This document shows positions 9,262 to 18,161 of a stretch of DNA of 37,665 nucleotides, piece by piece. How positions within the stretch are numbered: position 1 is the first letter of the stretch; each line of letters begins with the position of its first letter. A program made the position numbers and the translations under genes. Source of the DNA: a virus (lineage: Duplodnaviria; Caudoviricetes); the IMG/VR virus record IMGVR_UViG_3300020045_000748, positions 1-37,665 of that record. One strand, 5' to 3'. The notes below the pieces were generated by a model. It searched no databases and was not told the DNA's origin. It saw nothing but the letters and a program-made list of their open reading frames with translations.

Positions 9262-9654
9262 TTATTTACGCGCGTTTTGCTTTATCTCTCGGGCCAAAGA
9301 GACCAGAGCCCGCAACGCGACGGGGTTGTGCGAAACGGTACCCGCGTTAATAACCTTTATACGTTCGGGCTCTTTGTAAACCCTAACTTTACGGACAAAC
9401 GCCGCGCGGTCGGCGGCCATCTTTTCGCGTATATGGTGCGGCACTATCTCGGGCCTAAAGGTTGCGCTTATACTTTCGCCAAAACCCCAGTCGACACCGA
9501 GTACCTCTTCGTTAGTGCTCTCGGCGAAAAGTGGGCGACTTACAGGGCGGGCGCTAGTTACCAATTTAATAGCGGTCTCGGCCAACTCTACCGCTTTGCG
9601 CGCTAGTATCGCGCTGTCTAGTTCGTCGAGGCTATTTATTTTTATCGGTTTCAT
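9262..9654 (-). CDS. Hypothetical protein
   Basis: 130 aa; last gene of the reverse-strand cluster, ending at the terminator. Confidence 0.7.
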   Translation of the reverse strand: MKPIKINSLDELDSAILARKAVELAETAIKLVTSARPVSRPLFAESTNEEVLGVDWGFGESISATFRPEIVPHHIREKMAADRAAFVRKVRVYKEPERIKVINAGTVSHNPVALRALVSLAREIKQNARK

Positions 9655-10321
9655 ACTTGTATTTTAATGTTAGATACTCTTTGATTTGTTCGGGCGTTGC
9701 GGGTCTCACGCGCTCGGCTATGCACGAACGATGACTAAAATACCCCGTTTTAAAATACTGGCTATTCATAAACTCGACCGCGTGAACCATACCTTCGTCG
9801 TCTTCGCTTTGTTCTTCGAAAAGCAAGGCATCGCCCATACGTGGGTATTGAGAAACTTTCGCAGCAGTACACACAACGACGTCGTTTATGCGCATTTCGT
9901 TGTGTTTGCCGTCGATACCGTAAACGAAAGTTATGTCGTCCACTTTTGTAAGGATGCGCACGCCCATAATTTTATGGACTTGTTCGCCGATGTCTTCGTG
10001 GTCTTCGTCGGTTAGCCCGTAGTTAAACGCTTCATGTATTAAAGCCAGACCAAGCGCGGCCATACAAGGCCCTTTTTTAACTATGTACATTTCGACGTCG
10101 TGGCGCGCGATGTCGGCCCAGTTAAGAACTTGCTGCAAGTTTGCCGCGGTTTCTATTTTTACGGCAGTGCCCCACGTTTGAGGCTCTGAAAGTTCGACTT
10201 GGATTTTGTTAGGTGGTATAAAATCCACGCTACCGTCGCGAGGCGCGGAGTCTAAGCGCTGCATGTTAGCAACTCGCAAGTTTTGAACTCTGATAAAGTC
10301 GGTAGGTTTTAGCTTTTCCAT
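9632..10321 (-). CDS. Hypothetical protein
   Basis: 229 aa, coupled to the upstream gene by TAATG; ends in an RPATPEQI motif common in small phage proteins. Confidence 0.8.
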   Translation of the reverse strand: MEKLKPTDFIRVQNLRVANMQRLDSAPRDGSVDFIPPNKIQVELSEPQTWGTAVKIETAANLQQVLNWADIARHDVEMYIVKKGPCMAALGLALIHEAFNYGLTDEDHEDIGEQVHKIMGVRILTKVDDITFVYGIDGKHNEMRINDVVVCTAAKVSQYPRMGDALLFEEQSEDDEGMVHAVEFMNSQYFKTGYFSHRSCIAERVRPATPEQIKEYLTLKYKYETDKNK

Positions 10322-10641
10322 TAGTTAGATATTACATAATTAATCATTCGATTCTGAAGGCAGTACACCGCTATAACTTTGCGGTTAGTAATCTCGCGGT
10401 ATATTTCAACGCCCGCCACGGCTACCGCGTGCGCCTCTGGGCCGTTAAGGCAACCATCAAAGACCACCACGTCGGCAGCTTCCACGCGCAAAACGTCTGC
10501 GACTTCGTGGGGTGTGCCTACTGACACTATAAAATGCGCGATTCGTTCGGGGTTAACGCCCGTAACTTTTAATAAGTCTGTTACAAATTCAGTTTTGCCA
10601 GCGCCTTGCGGGGCTACGATGGTAATGTCTAAGTTTTTCAT
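10321..10641 (-). CDS. Small P-loop NTPase-like protein
   Basis: ATG 10641 (MKNLDIT), 106 aa; ITIVAPQGAGKT Walker A and VVVFD Walker B. Confidence 0.75.
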   Translation of the reverse strand: MKNLDITIVAPQGAGKTEFVTDLLKVTGVNPERIAHFIVSVGTPHEVADVLRVEAADVVVFDGCLNGPEAHAVAVAGVEIYREITNRKVIAVYCLQNRMINYVISN

Positions 10642-10695
10642 GTTTGATTGTTTGAATGAACCACAAATGTAATAAATAGTTTTTAATAATACAAA
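10642..10695 (-). promoter_or_regulatory. Bacteroidota-type promoter with conserved leader (copy C)
   Basis: Minus strand TTTG-N20-TACATTTG followed by TGGTTCATTCAAACAATCAAAC-ATG. Confidence 0.75.
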
Positions 10696-10703
10696 TGCGA
10701 AAG

Positions 10704-10970
10704 TTAATAATTTTTCACGCCGCAAGTGGCGCACTCGTCCAGTCCGTCGCTAGAATATATAAAAGGGTGTTTGCACGGGTAATACAATCGAATGTATCTT
10801 TTAAATATTTTAGAGGCGACTTCATAGTCGGCCAAGCGCTGCGCGGTGTCCGCCAGTTGCACGAAAAGCCGAGCGCCTAACATCTTAAGGAGTTCGGCGC
10901 GGTGCTCGTCGTCGGCGGCGTCGTATTGAAACACCGCGAGCCTAAGGATTTTTTTAGCGTCTTTAGTCAT
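10704..10970 (-). CDS. Hypothetical protein, possible C-terminal Zn-binding motif
   Basis: 88 aa; CKH...CATC; overlaps the upstream gene. Confidence 0.65.
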   Translation of the reverse strand: MTKDAKKILRLAVFQYDAADDEHRAELLKMLGARLFVQLADTAQRLADYEVASKIFKRYIRLYYPCKHPFIYSSDGLDECATCGVKNY

Positions 10971-11223
10971 TGTCTTTATAAGGTAGGCGCACGCCTTCGC
11001 GTACGGGGTTAATTACGGGCGGGCCGCTTACGGTTACTTTATCTTTGCCGACCCAGTGCAAAGAGTTCGGCGCGTCGCCGTTCGCGTGGTATTCCATATA
11101 GCGAACGCGGTAACGGTTCCCTTTCTCTTCTATAATCTCGACGCGTATTTTGTGCGTCTTTAGAACGCGGCGCCCTAAGTCGTCCCACACTCTAAACTGG
11201 TACCTATAAACGCCCCGTTCCAT
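10963..11223 (-). CDS. Hypothetical protein
   Basis: 86 aa, TAATG-coupled. Confidence 0.7.
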   Translation of the reverse strand: MERGVYRYQFRVWDDLGRRVLKTHKIRVEIIEEKGNRYRVRYMEYHANGDAPNSLHWVGKDKVTVSGPPVINPVREGVRLPYKDND

Positions 11224-11465
11224 TAGATAACGTCTTTAGCGTCTCGGTCCTCTTGCGTTTCGTGCTCTCGATTAAAGCGCGTGTCGCTTATGGCTTGTTT
11301 TAAAAAAGTATCGCCCACGGGGTCGGCTGGGTCGAATAAACGGCGCCCGCTGTCCGTGGTTTTGTACGCCATACATATACGCCCGCTAGGGCTAATAAAT
11401 TCCACTTCGTAGCGGTCGCCTTCCAGTGTGAAGGTATCGCCCGCGTTTAAATCAGTTAGGACCAT
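11223..11465 (-). CDS. Hypothetical protein
   Basis: 80 aa within a tightly packed operon. Confidence 0.7.
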   Translation of the reverse strand: MVLTDLNAGDTFTLEGDRYEVEFISPSGRICMAYKTTDSGRRLFDPADPVGDTFLKQAISDTRFNREHETQEDRDAKDVI

Positions 11466-11469
11466 AATT

Positions 11470-11979
11470 TTAAATATTTGGGTTAATAGTCAAGACCTCG
11501 CCGCGCGAATAGTTAAGCGCGTGTAATTCAATCATACGACAAGCCGCTGGAAAAGGCGCGGGGTTTAAATTTACAATTTCGCCGTTTAATAACACGTTGT
11601 ACCCTTTGTCGGATTTTCTAATCCAATACCCTTGCACCAGTTCGTCGCGCGTGTCGAAAGTGTCCAGTACAACGCCGTTAATTACTGCGGTTACGTGGCG
11701 GCTTGTGTGCGCAATAAAAACGCCCTCGATGGGTAACTGGCCCACTTTAAAAGACCGCGGCAACGTAGACACGTAAATAAGTCCGACCGCGTAGGCCATC
11801 TGGGAGAACTCTAGCGAAAAGACGTTAACGCCTTGCGGAGTCATTAGCGGCTTTAAATACTCTCGGGCGATGTCATAACCGCAGTGCGTCGCGATTGATA
11901 AAGCGCGGGTAACACAGTCGGCTACTGCGTCGTGTGTGTTCGAGGCACTACGGCCCCCGTCGTTATAAATGTATTTCAT
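11470..11979 (-). CDS. Papain/C39-like Cys-His-Asp fold protein
   Basis: ATG 11979 overlaps the upstream TGA; YNDGGR, DCVTRALSIA, HVTAV..G..LDTFD. Confidence 0.6.
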   Translation of the reverse strand: MKYIYNDGGRSASNTHDAVADCVTRALSIATHCGYDIAREYLKPLMTPQGVNVFSLEFSQMAYAVGLIYVSTLPRSFKVGQLPIEGVFIAHTSRHVTAVINGVVLDTFDTRDELVQGYWIRKSDKGYNVLLNGEIVNLNPAPFPAACRMIELHALNYSRGEVLTINPNI

Positions 11980-12197
11980 TCGTTCCAAGATTTTATTTTA
12001 ATATATGCGCCTTTCTTTACTATGCCGCTAACCCAGCCCTTAGATGTTAAAGAAGTCATTTCGTTTTCTTTAAAGTCTATAAGCACCGCGCCGTCTGGTT
12101 CCATAATGCCGATAACATGGGCGCCCAAGTACGTACCGTTAGACCATGCGGCCGCGTTGTTACTATCCAGTTTAATTTTAATTACTATCTTTTCCAT
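11976..12197 (-). CDS. Hypothetical protein, first gene after early promoter B
   Basis: 73 aa; ATG lies at the end of the conserved leader repeat. Confidence 0.7.
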   Translation of the reverse strand: MEKIVIKIKLDSNNAAAWSNGTYLGAHVIGIMEPDGAVLIDFKENEMTSLTSKGWVSGIVKKGAYIKIKSWNE

Positions 12198-12256
12198 TTT
12201 AATTGTGTTTGATTGGTTGAACCATGCAAAGATATATAAAAAAACCTATTACGCAA
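12193..12256 (-). promoter_or_regulatory. Bacteroidota-type promoter plus leader (copy B)
   Basis: Minus strand TTG-N19-TATCTTTG-CATGGTTCAACCAATCAAACACAATTAAAATG; 12193-12246 matches 31470-31523 at 51/54 nt in inverted orientation. Confidence 0.85.
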
Positions 12257-12266
12257 ATAATAGGTT
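12238..12266 (-). terminator. Possible terminator of the portal-adaptor-holin transcript
   Basis: aacctatta-N6-taataggtt 9-bp IR followed by a T-run on the minus strand; the stem is AT-rich. Confidence 0.45.
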
Positions 12267-12273
12267 AAAATAA

Positions 12274-12783
12274 TTATACTTTTTTTTCTTCTTCCAGAAT
12301 ATCGTCTAAGCTGGTGCCTAGTTTTGAGGCCATTTCGCCCTTAAGGTGGCGGCGCATAATGCGAAAGAAGACCGCCTCGGGCCAGAGTAATAATATACTG
12401 GCAGACATAGACCAAAATTCACACGCCAGCGCCCACGCCGCGGCCAGCTTAACGCCAAAAAAGCCCGTGTCGTGTGCGAGTTTCTCGAGCATGAACACCA
12501 TTACCAGACTGGCGCCGTATGATGCTATTTTAAACATAGTTACCCGACCCAGTTTTGAAAGGGCAAACTGCCCGTTTTTAATACTAACGCCGATACCGAA
12601 GCCCGCGTCTAAAAATATGGCGACGAGCACCACAGTAAAGGCGTATTTTTCAGAGGCAAAAAAGGCTATAGGTATTGAGAGCGCCGAAAGACACCAGCCT
12701 AGCTTGGTCGATATTATTTTAAAATAACAAAGGGCTAATTTTTTAAATAAAAAGACGGCTTTAAATGAGGGTGCTAAATACAT
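12274..12783 (-). CDS. Holin (phage holin 4/TcdE-like)
   Basis: 169 aa, several TM segments, IFLDAGFG, S.LGR.T.FK, CEFWS pattern, charged C-terminus. Confidence 0.78.
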   Translation of the reverse strand: MYLAPSFKAVFLFKKLALCYFKIISTKLGWCLSALSIPIAFFASEKYAFTVVLVAIFLDAGFGIGVSIKNGQFALSKLGRVTMFKIASYGASLVMVFMLEKLAHDTGFFGVKLAAAWALACEFWSMSASILLLWPEAVFFRIMRRHLKGEMASKLGTSLDDILEEEKKV

Positions 12784-13316
12784 TATTTTCTACGGTTTGG
12801 GATAAATATACCACTTTCATACACAGACGCGGCGGGGCTGCCGCAAGTATCAACGCTCGCAAATAGTGGGTATTCGCTCGCGCAGCCTATTAGATAGTCT
12901 TGCAAAAACTTGGCCCACTGTTCGGCGTCGTCCTTAAGCCAGCGTCGCAACTGCGAAACGTCGTTAACGTCTACGCCTTTACTGTTTTCGCTCTCGCGGA
13001 CTGTTATACCTTTGTTTACGATGCTGGCCCAGTGGAAGGGCAAACCTTGGTACACGGCAAAACTCGCGAGCGCGGGGGCTATCTCAATTAGTAGGGCTTG
13101 GTTAGCTGGCGAAATTGGGTTAGTAGCTGGCGCGGGTGTAACGCTAGCGGCTTTAATTTGGTCTTGCAATTCCTTGTACAATTTGAAACCTATAATTTTA
13201 CGAATGTACATCTTTTGCGCTAAGAGCGTATAAGGCACAAACTTAGTCAAAACAGTGTCTTCTTTGATGGGGCCGTACTCTTTAAAGAGGGCCTCGCTAA
13301 TAAGGGCTATTTCCAT
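12783..13316 (-). CDS. Putative head-tail adaptor
   Basis: 177 aa helical protein (LISE..K, AQ..YI..IIG..LY) directly downstream of the portal. Confidence 0.6.
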   Translation of the reverse strand: MEIALISEALFKEYGPIKEDTVLTKFVPYTLLAQKMYIRKIIGFKLYKELQDQIKAASVTPAPATNPISPANQALLIEIAPALASFAVYQGLPFHWASIVNKGITVRESENSKGVDVNDVSQLRRWLKDDAEQWAKFLQDYLIGCASEYPLFASVDTCGSPAASVYESGIFIPNRRK

Positions 13317-14743
13317 GTTAAATTAATTTTACTGTTTAGGAGTGCTTTTATTTTACTAAAGAATTTCGCCTCGGGTGACTTTTTAGTAAGGCTTTGTTTC
13401 GCGGGCGCGAAGAGACGGTCGAGTGTGTCGTCGTCTAGTCCAAAGAGCGTTTTTAAAAGTTCGCGTTTTTGTGTCGCCGCAATGTTTGGGTTTTCAATGA
13501 TGGCCGTCATCGCATGCGTACCGCCGACGCCTATTTCGGCGGCCAGACTTCCCGCGGCGTTGTCTTCGCCCTCTGGGGCCGTAATAGCGTCGGGGCTATT
13601 GGTTTCGTTTATCTTAGTCAGTACGTCTAAATCGTCGATAGTTAGTACCGCCGATTTATTCAAGGCCGTAAAAACATTAAAACATTTAAGGACCTTACGG
13701 CGGGCCTTTTCGATAACCGTGTAATTATATAGCACATAGGCGTCGACTATCTCGGCGGCATTACCCGAGAGATTACCCGAACCAGACACACCCGCAAGTG
13801 TTGGGCTGCTAAGATTGTGCGCGCTTATAATCTTTTGAAAGACGATACCTTCGACATTGTTGTATATGTCGGCGTTAGCGCTGGCGTTAAAAGGCGTAAT
13901 TTTAGGAGCGGCACCAGCGGCCCCGCCTTCGCCCCAAATTACAATAATAGAAGAGGCGCCCTTCGCCCCGCCAAAAGCGCCTTCCATTTCGGTTTGAAAA
14001 GCTGCTTTTTTGGTGGCGTCGGGGTTGCTAGGCATTTCGATAACTACGGAAGGTGTGAAACCGTTTTCGATAGAATTATTGTAAAACTCGCCGAGCGTGC
14101 CGTCTGCTTTTACGTATTCCATTGCAGAAAAATAATTTGGAACGCTATAGCGCGCCAGTCCCGCGGAATAGTCCCACATGTGGAAAATATACGCTTGTCC
14201 TTTCTTGGCTTTTCGTATGCCTTCCCAAGCGTCTAACTCTATAGGTTTCATTTTGCCCGTTGTCTTGGTCCAGTCGTTAGAGATTTTAAACGTTTTCGGC
14301 GTGCCGTCTGGGTAAATCTCGCCTATCCTTACGGTGCTATAGTCTTGATGGAATAAAGAAACGGTAGAACTGCCCTTATTAACTATGACTTGCAAGTATA
14401 GCCCGCCGAAGGTTTTATAATCAGAGGCCACGGGTTCAAAAAGTTCGTCCCAGTCTTCCGTAGAATTGGGCGCACCAACTGAAACGCCCCTTTTCTTGGC
14501 CGTTGCGACGATACCCTTGCCGCACATGTACGTAACAGTACTATTAATAATCGCAGTGTTAACGGGGCTCTTACTATTGAGGTTAATTATCTCTTGTGGG
14601 AATAGATTTTTCGGCCCGAAGGCAACCCACCCCGCGCGATTCAATGATATTTTAGGATAGGCGGGGCTCGCCTCTGCGCCCGATAGTTTAATGATAGCTT
14701 GTGAAGGCCCCACGTTTACGGGTTCGTTTTCTATTTGTTCCAT
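13307..14743 (-). CDS. Portal protein
   Basis: 478 aa; W..FG..NLFP, D...FGG.Y.QV, YSVPNY, NN.I.NGFTPS, I.SAH..SP.L.G, as in Bacteroidota siphovirus portals. Confidence 0.85.
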   Translation of the reverse strand: MEQIENEPVNVGPSQAIIKLSGAEASPAYPKISLNRAGWVAFGPKNLFPQEIINLNSKSPVNTAIINSTVTYMCGKGIVATAKKRGVSVGAPNSTEDWDELFEPVASDYKTFGGLYLQVIVNKGSSTVSLFHQDYSTVRIGEIYPDGTPKTFKISNDWTKTTGKMKPIELDAWEGIRKAKKGQAYIFHMWDYSAGLARYSVPNYFSAMEYVKADGTLGEFYNNSIENGFTPSVVIEMPSNPDATKKAAFQTEMEGAFGGAKGASSIIVIWGEGGAAGAAPKITPFNASANADIYNNVEGIVFQKIISAHNLSSPTLAGVSGSGNLSGNAAEIVDAYVLYNYTVIEKARRKVLKCFNVFTALNKSAVLTIDDLDVLTKINETNSPDAITAPEGEDNAAGSLAAEIGVGGTHAMTAIIENPNIAATQKRELLKTLFGLDDDTLDRLFAPAKQSLTKKSPEAKFFSKIKALLNSKINLTWK

Positions 14744-14765
14744 TGTGTTAAGTTTGAATGTGTGT

Positions 14766-14795
14766 TAAGGATAAATTAAATACTAATTATCTTTA
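14766..14795. promoter_or_regulatory. Back-to-back putative late promoters
   Basis: TTATCCTTA on the minus strand (14774-14766) toward the portal, and TTATCTTTA on the plus strand (14787-14795) 4 nt before ATG 14800. Confidence 0.6.
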
Positions 14796-14799
14796 ATAT

Positions 14800-15540
14800 A
14801 TGGTAAAAATTGAATATAACAACGTACAAATACAAGTTCCCGAAAGCTGGGACGATATAACGCTCGGCACTTACGAAAAGTTCCACAAAGCGAAGCCCGC
14901 AACGCACCGCGAGCGCGTCACACAAACAGCCTTAGTGTGTAGCATAAACCCCGAAATACTTTTCGGATGGCCGACCGAGGTTTTTAACGAGGTGGTAAAG
15001 ATAGCCGACTTTATTTTTAAAGAGGACACGACCGCGCCGACGCCGATAGTCGAGATAAACGGCGTTAATTACGTTGTAGCGCTAGAGGACGACCTAACAC
15101 TAGGCGAGTTTTTAGATGCAGACGACATACAAAAGAATAGTGACGCCGTTTTGAGCAACGTTTTAGCGATAGTCTGCCGACCAGCGGGCGAAGAGTACAA
15201 CACAAAGAACAACGACGCGCGGGCGGCCATGTTTGCAGACGTCCCAGTGAGTAAGGTCTTAGGTGTACTAGCTTTTTTTTTGCAATGCAAACAGACATTA
15301 GAGAAACATACCGCGGCGTTTTCCACCCTCAAAGCGATGGCAGACCGATTGCCGCAGAATACAAAAAATTTGCTAAGGCTTACGGGTGGTATAAAATTGT
15401 CGCGGATTTGGCAGACGATTCACTACTTAATTTTGATGCGGTTGTTAAAAAATCGGTTACAGAAGTACTTACATTCTTACAGTACATCGCCCACAAAAAA
15501 ATCGCCGAGAAAGCACAAAACGACCTCGATAAATTCATAG
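14800..15540 (+). CDS. Tail assembly chaperone (gpG-like, zero-frame product)
   Basis: 246 aa; VPESWDDITLG.Y and DLTLGEF.D repeats; AFFL slippery site. Confidence 0.72.
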   Translation: MVKIEYNNVQIQVPESWDDITLGTYEKFHKAKPATHRERVTQTALVCSINPEILFGWPTEVFNEVVKIADFIFKEDTTAPTPIVEINGVNYVVALEDDLTLGEFLDADDIQKNSDAVLSNVLAIVCRPAGEEYNTKNNDARAAMFADVPVSKVLGVLAFFLQCKQTLEKHTAAFSTLKAMADRLPQNTKNLLRLTGGIKLSRIWQTIHYLILMRLLKNRLQKYLHSYSTSPTKKSPRKHKTTSINS

Positions 15541-15569
15541 CTAAAAATAGAAAAAATGCAGATAGTTAA
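15273..15569 (+). CDS. -1 frameshift extension of the tail assembly chaperone (gpGT-like)
   Basis: T9 run at 15273-15281; the -1 frame is open to 15569 and encodes FAKAYGWY.IV..LA...EVLTFLQY. Confidence 0.72.
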   Translation, partial: FFFAMQTDIRETYRGVFHPQSDGRPIAAEYKKFAKAYGWYKIVADLADDSLLNFDAVVKKSVTEVLTFLQYIAHKKIAEKAQNDLDKFIAKNRKNADS

Positions 15570-16080
15570 TTTTTGGTACGAACTCGCCAGACAAAATAAA
15601 GCTATTAAAAGTTTTATGTACGGTAAAAACGGCGCCAAGGGCGCGGGGAACGAAAAATATCCGCTTACGCACTTAGACGACCCGATTTTGGGGCGGTCGC
15701 AAGACACCGCGATACAATATACATGTAACATTGATATACTCGGGATTCCAAACGCAGACGCCAGCGTGCAAGACGTACAGGCTGCGGCCTTCGAAGTGGG
15801 TTTAAGCTACTGGCAAAAGATAAGAGAACTCAGAGGGCCTTTTCGTGTCGAAAGTTTCACGTTTATAAGTTTAAGCGAGTACTACGACAACGATGCAGCG
15901 GGGCACCGCTTCACGTTCGCGGTAATAAGCGCTAACCCAATAAACAGATGTACGGAGTATTTCGACCCCGCAAAACAATTTCCACTAATTGACGCACTCC
16001 CAGACTTTAAAACAGACGCGCCAGAGGGTTGCGCAGTATTTAGCGAAAAAAACGGGCTGCCTAACTTCACACTCGACTAA
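15556..16080 (+). CDS. Putative tail terminator/completion protein
   Basis: 174 aa; YP motif and ..EYYDN.AAG..F.F pattern; position in the tail operon. Confidence 0.55.
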   Translation: MQIVNFWYELARQNKAIKSFMYGKNGAKGAGNEKYPLTHLDDPILGRSQDTAIQYTCNIDILGIPNADASVQDVQAAAFEVGLSYWQKIRELRGPFRVESFTFISLSEYYDNDAAGHRFTFAVISANPINRCTEYFDPAKQFPLIDALPDFKTDAPEGCAVFSEKNGLPNFTLD

Positions 16081-16559
16081 TGAGCGCCGAGGGGGTCCGC
16101 CTCGCTACGCTAAAGATAGCGGGCGATTTACTGGCGTTATCGTCGGCGGTGTTAGAAGACGACAGTATCGGTGTTAATGACAAAGTAGGCCGAAACACTC
16201 TAGCGAATAGCGCGTTAAACGGAGACTTAGCCGCGAGCATAGGGCAGACTCTCGGAGACGACCCAGTAATCAAAGCGTTATTTAATCATTATGTCGTATA
16301 TTTAGAATGGGACCGTCCAAAGAAATACGGCAAACAGCCGCCAATAGACGTACTAAAAGACTGGGCGCAAAAGAACGGCATACCTACCGACGCGGACACG
16401 CTCTGGTCTATCTCTTACGCAATATGGCGCGACGGGCACAAAGGGCGGCCGATATTCGCAACAATAGACACGAACCTAGACGAACTTTTCCAAAGAGATT
16501 GGGCGGACCAACTTTTCACAAACATAGTTGATAACCTAGATAAATTTTTTAATGACTAA
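16080..16559 (+). CDS. Putative neck/virion morphogenesis protein
   Basis: 159 aa; Y..Y.E..R...GKQPPI..L..W...GI...I.R.G...RP pattern. Confidence 0.55.
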   Translation: MSAEGVRLATLKIAGDLLALSSAVLEDDSIGVNDKVGRNTLANSALNGDLAASIGQTLGDDPVIKALFNHYVVYLEWDRPKKYGKQPPIDVLKDWAQKNGIPTDADTLWSISYAIWRDGHKGRPIFATIDTNLDELFQRDWADQLFTNIVDNLDKFFND

Positions 16560-16562
16560 ATA

Positions 16563-18161
16563 ATGGGCTACATATCTAAAGACATCGCGGTAATTACCGA
16601 ACCGAAAATAATAACATTAAGCGCAGCGCCTAACTTCGTCCAGTTCGCAAGTAAGCCCGCGGTTAAAACTTTTCTAGAGATTAACGTCGCGGTTAATATC
16701 ACACAAGCGGCCGCCGACATTCCTACGGCTACTATCTTAAGATTAACCGAACCGTCGGGCATCGTTCACGCGTTCCACGGTTCCACAGACCCCGACGAAG
16801 TGGGCGGCTCGGTGTACTTTGTGGCCCCGACCGTTTCAGACACCGCCGAAAATTTACGCCAAGTTTTAATCGCTAACAGATGGATAGCCGCGAATTTTAA
16901 AATAATACTTCCCGCAGTCTGGACGGGCTCGGCCCTTGTCAATGGCACCACATTAAACATTAAAAGCAAAGGAACGGGCGCAGCCTTTAATATAACGATA
17001 GCGGCGCCTAACAACACGGCAAACGTGGCATACACCATTACACCCGTGGCCGCGGTGTCCATCAATAACGACAGCATTAGCGGCGAAGACAGCACAGCCG
17101 AAATCGAACTCGACGTATATACAGCGCCCGCGGTATTCCTAGGCGAAGAGGACCGACCAACGACCGCCGCCAAAATAGGCACGTTTGCAATACCTTTGCA
17201 GAAAACCTACGCGGGACAGCCCCTTTGGTTTGAACTAAACGCACTTAACGCGCAGTACGGGGGCTTTAATTTGCCGCCAGCTTCGGGGTGGTTTAACACG
17301 GGCACCGTCCGCGTTTACCGTTTCGCCGCTAAAGTTAGGGGTTTAAACTCTTTTACGTTCTACCAGTCGAGCGCGCTATTTGTTTTAAACGGGTACGGGC
17401 CCGCGTCGGAAGACAAAGACCTAACGCCATATATTTACGATAATAATGTCGTTAAATTGCTTACTAACAAGCCCCGCACGCCTTACGTAAAGGGCCAAAA
17501 AGAATTTTTAAATTTTATATTCAAGGACCCGACGCGCGGAACTGGCGCAGAATTTACGCTGCAAGTGGCTTATAGAATGTACAGCACTAGCGATAAATTT
17601 TTGGGTGTTGTTTACTCGGGCGCTGTCTTACGCTCTGCGCTGTCTATCGTCAATACTTGCGTGCTAAACATAGACGCGGCGCTATTAGCACACCCGACGG
17701 CGGGCATCGTTCGCGTAAGTCTAGCCAGAGGCACTACTTACGCGTCCGAGTCGCTAGAGTACACAATACGCCCCGACGGCTTACACGACCTAACCGAGTT
17801 CAGTTTCTTAAACAGGCTCGGCGGGTGGGACTCTTTTAATTTCGACAGCCTCGGGCGAAACGAAATAAAGCCCCAACAGGACACCTTTAATAAAACGGTA
17901 ACGCCCGAGTATAAAAAAGGCGACAGCATCGAGACGGTTTACACGGTGTCACTACTAAGCACCTACACAGTAGAAGGGGCGCCCGTGTCGGACGAGGTGG
18001 CCGAGTGGCTTAAAGAACTGGCGGCGGCCCGTGTCGTTTTAGACGGCGGCGGTAATTATGTTATAAAAGACGACTTCACGCTAACCGTGTCGTCAACTTC
18101 CCGAAATATGCAAATACCAACGATTAAATATAGACTAAGCGAAACCTATACAAATGACTAA
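16563..18161 (+). CDS. Tail structural protein
   Basis: 532 aa beta-rich; FLNRLGGWDSF motif; precedes the large tail protein. Confidence 0.65.
   Translation: MGYISKDIAVITEPKIITLSAAPNFVQFASKPAVKTFLEINVAVNITQAAADIPTATILRLTEPSGIVHAFHGSTDPDEVGGSVYFVAPTVSDTAENLRQVLIANRWIAANFKIILPAVWTGSALVNGTTLNIKSKGTGAAFNITIAAPNNTANVAYTITPVAAVSINNDSISGEDSTAEIELDVYTAPAVFLGEEDRPTTAAKIGTFAIPLQKTYAGQPLWFELNALNAQYGGFNLPPASGWFNTGTVRVYRFAAKVRGLNSFTFYQSSALFVLNGYGPASEDKDLTPYIYDNNVVKLLTNKPRTPYVKGQKEFLNFIFKDPTRGTGAEFTLQVAYRMYSTSDKFLGVVYSGAVLRSALSIVNTCVLNIDAALLAHPTAGIVRVSLARGTTYASESLEYTIRPDGLHDLTEFSFLNRLGGWDSFNFDSLGRNEIKPQQDTFNKTVTPEYKKGDSIETVYTVSLLSTYTVEGAPVSDEVAEWLKELAAARVVLDGGGNYVIKDDFTLTVSSTSRNMQIPTIKYRLSETYTND

Noticed and set aside
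11038-11047. TTTATCTTTG on the plus strand resembling a -7 box
   Set aside because: It lies inside a minus-strand CDS with no -33 TTG at the right spacing and no conserved leader; likely chance.
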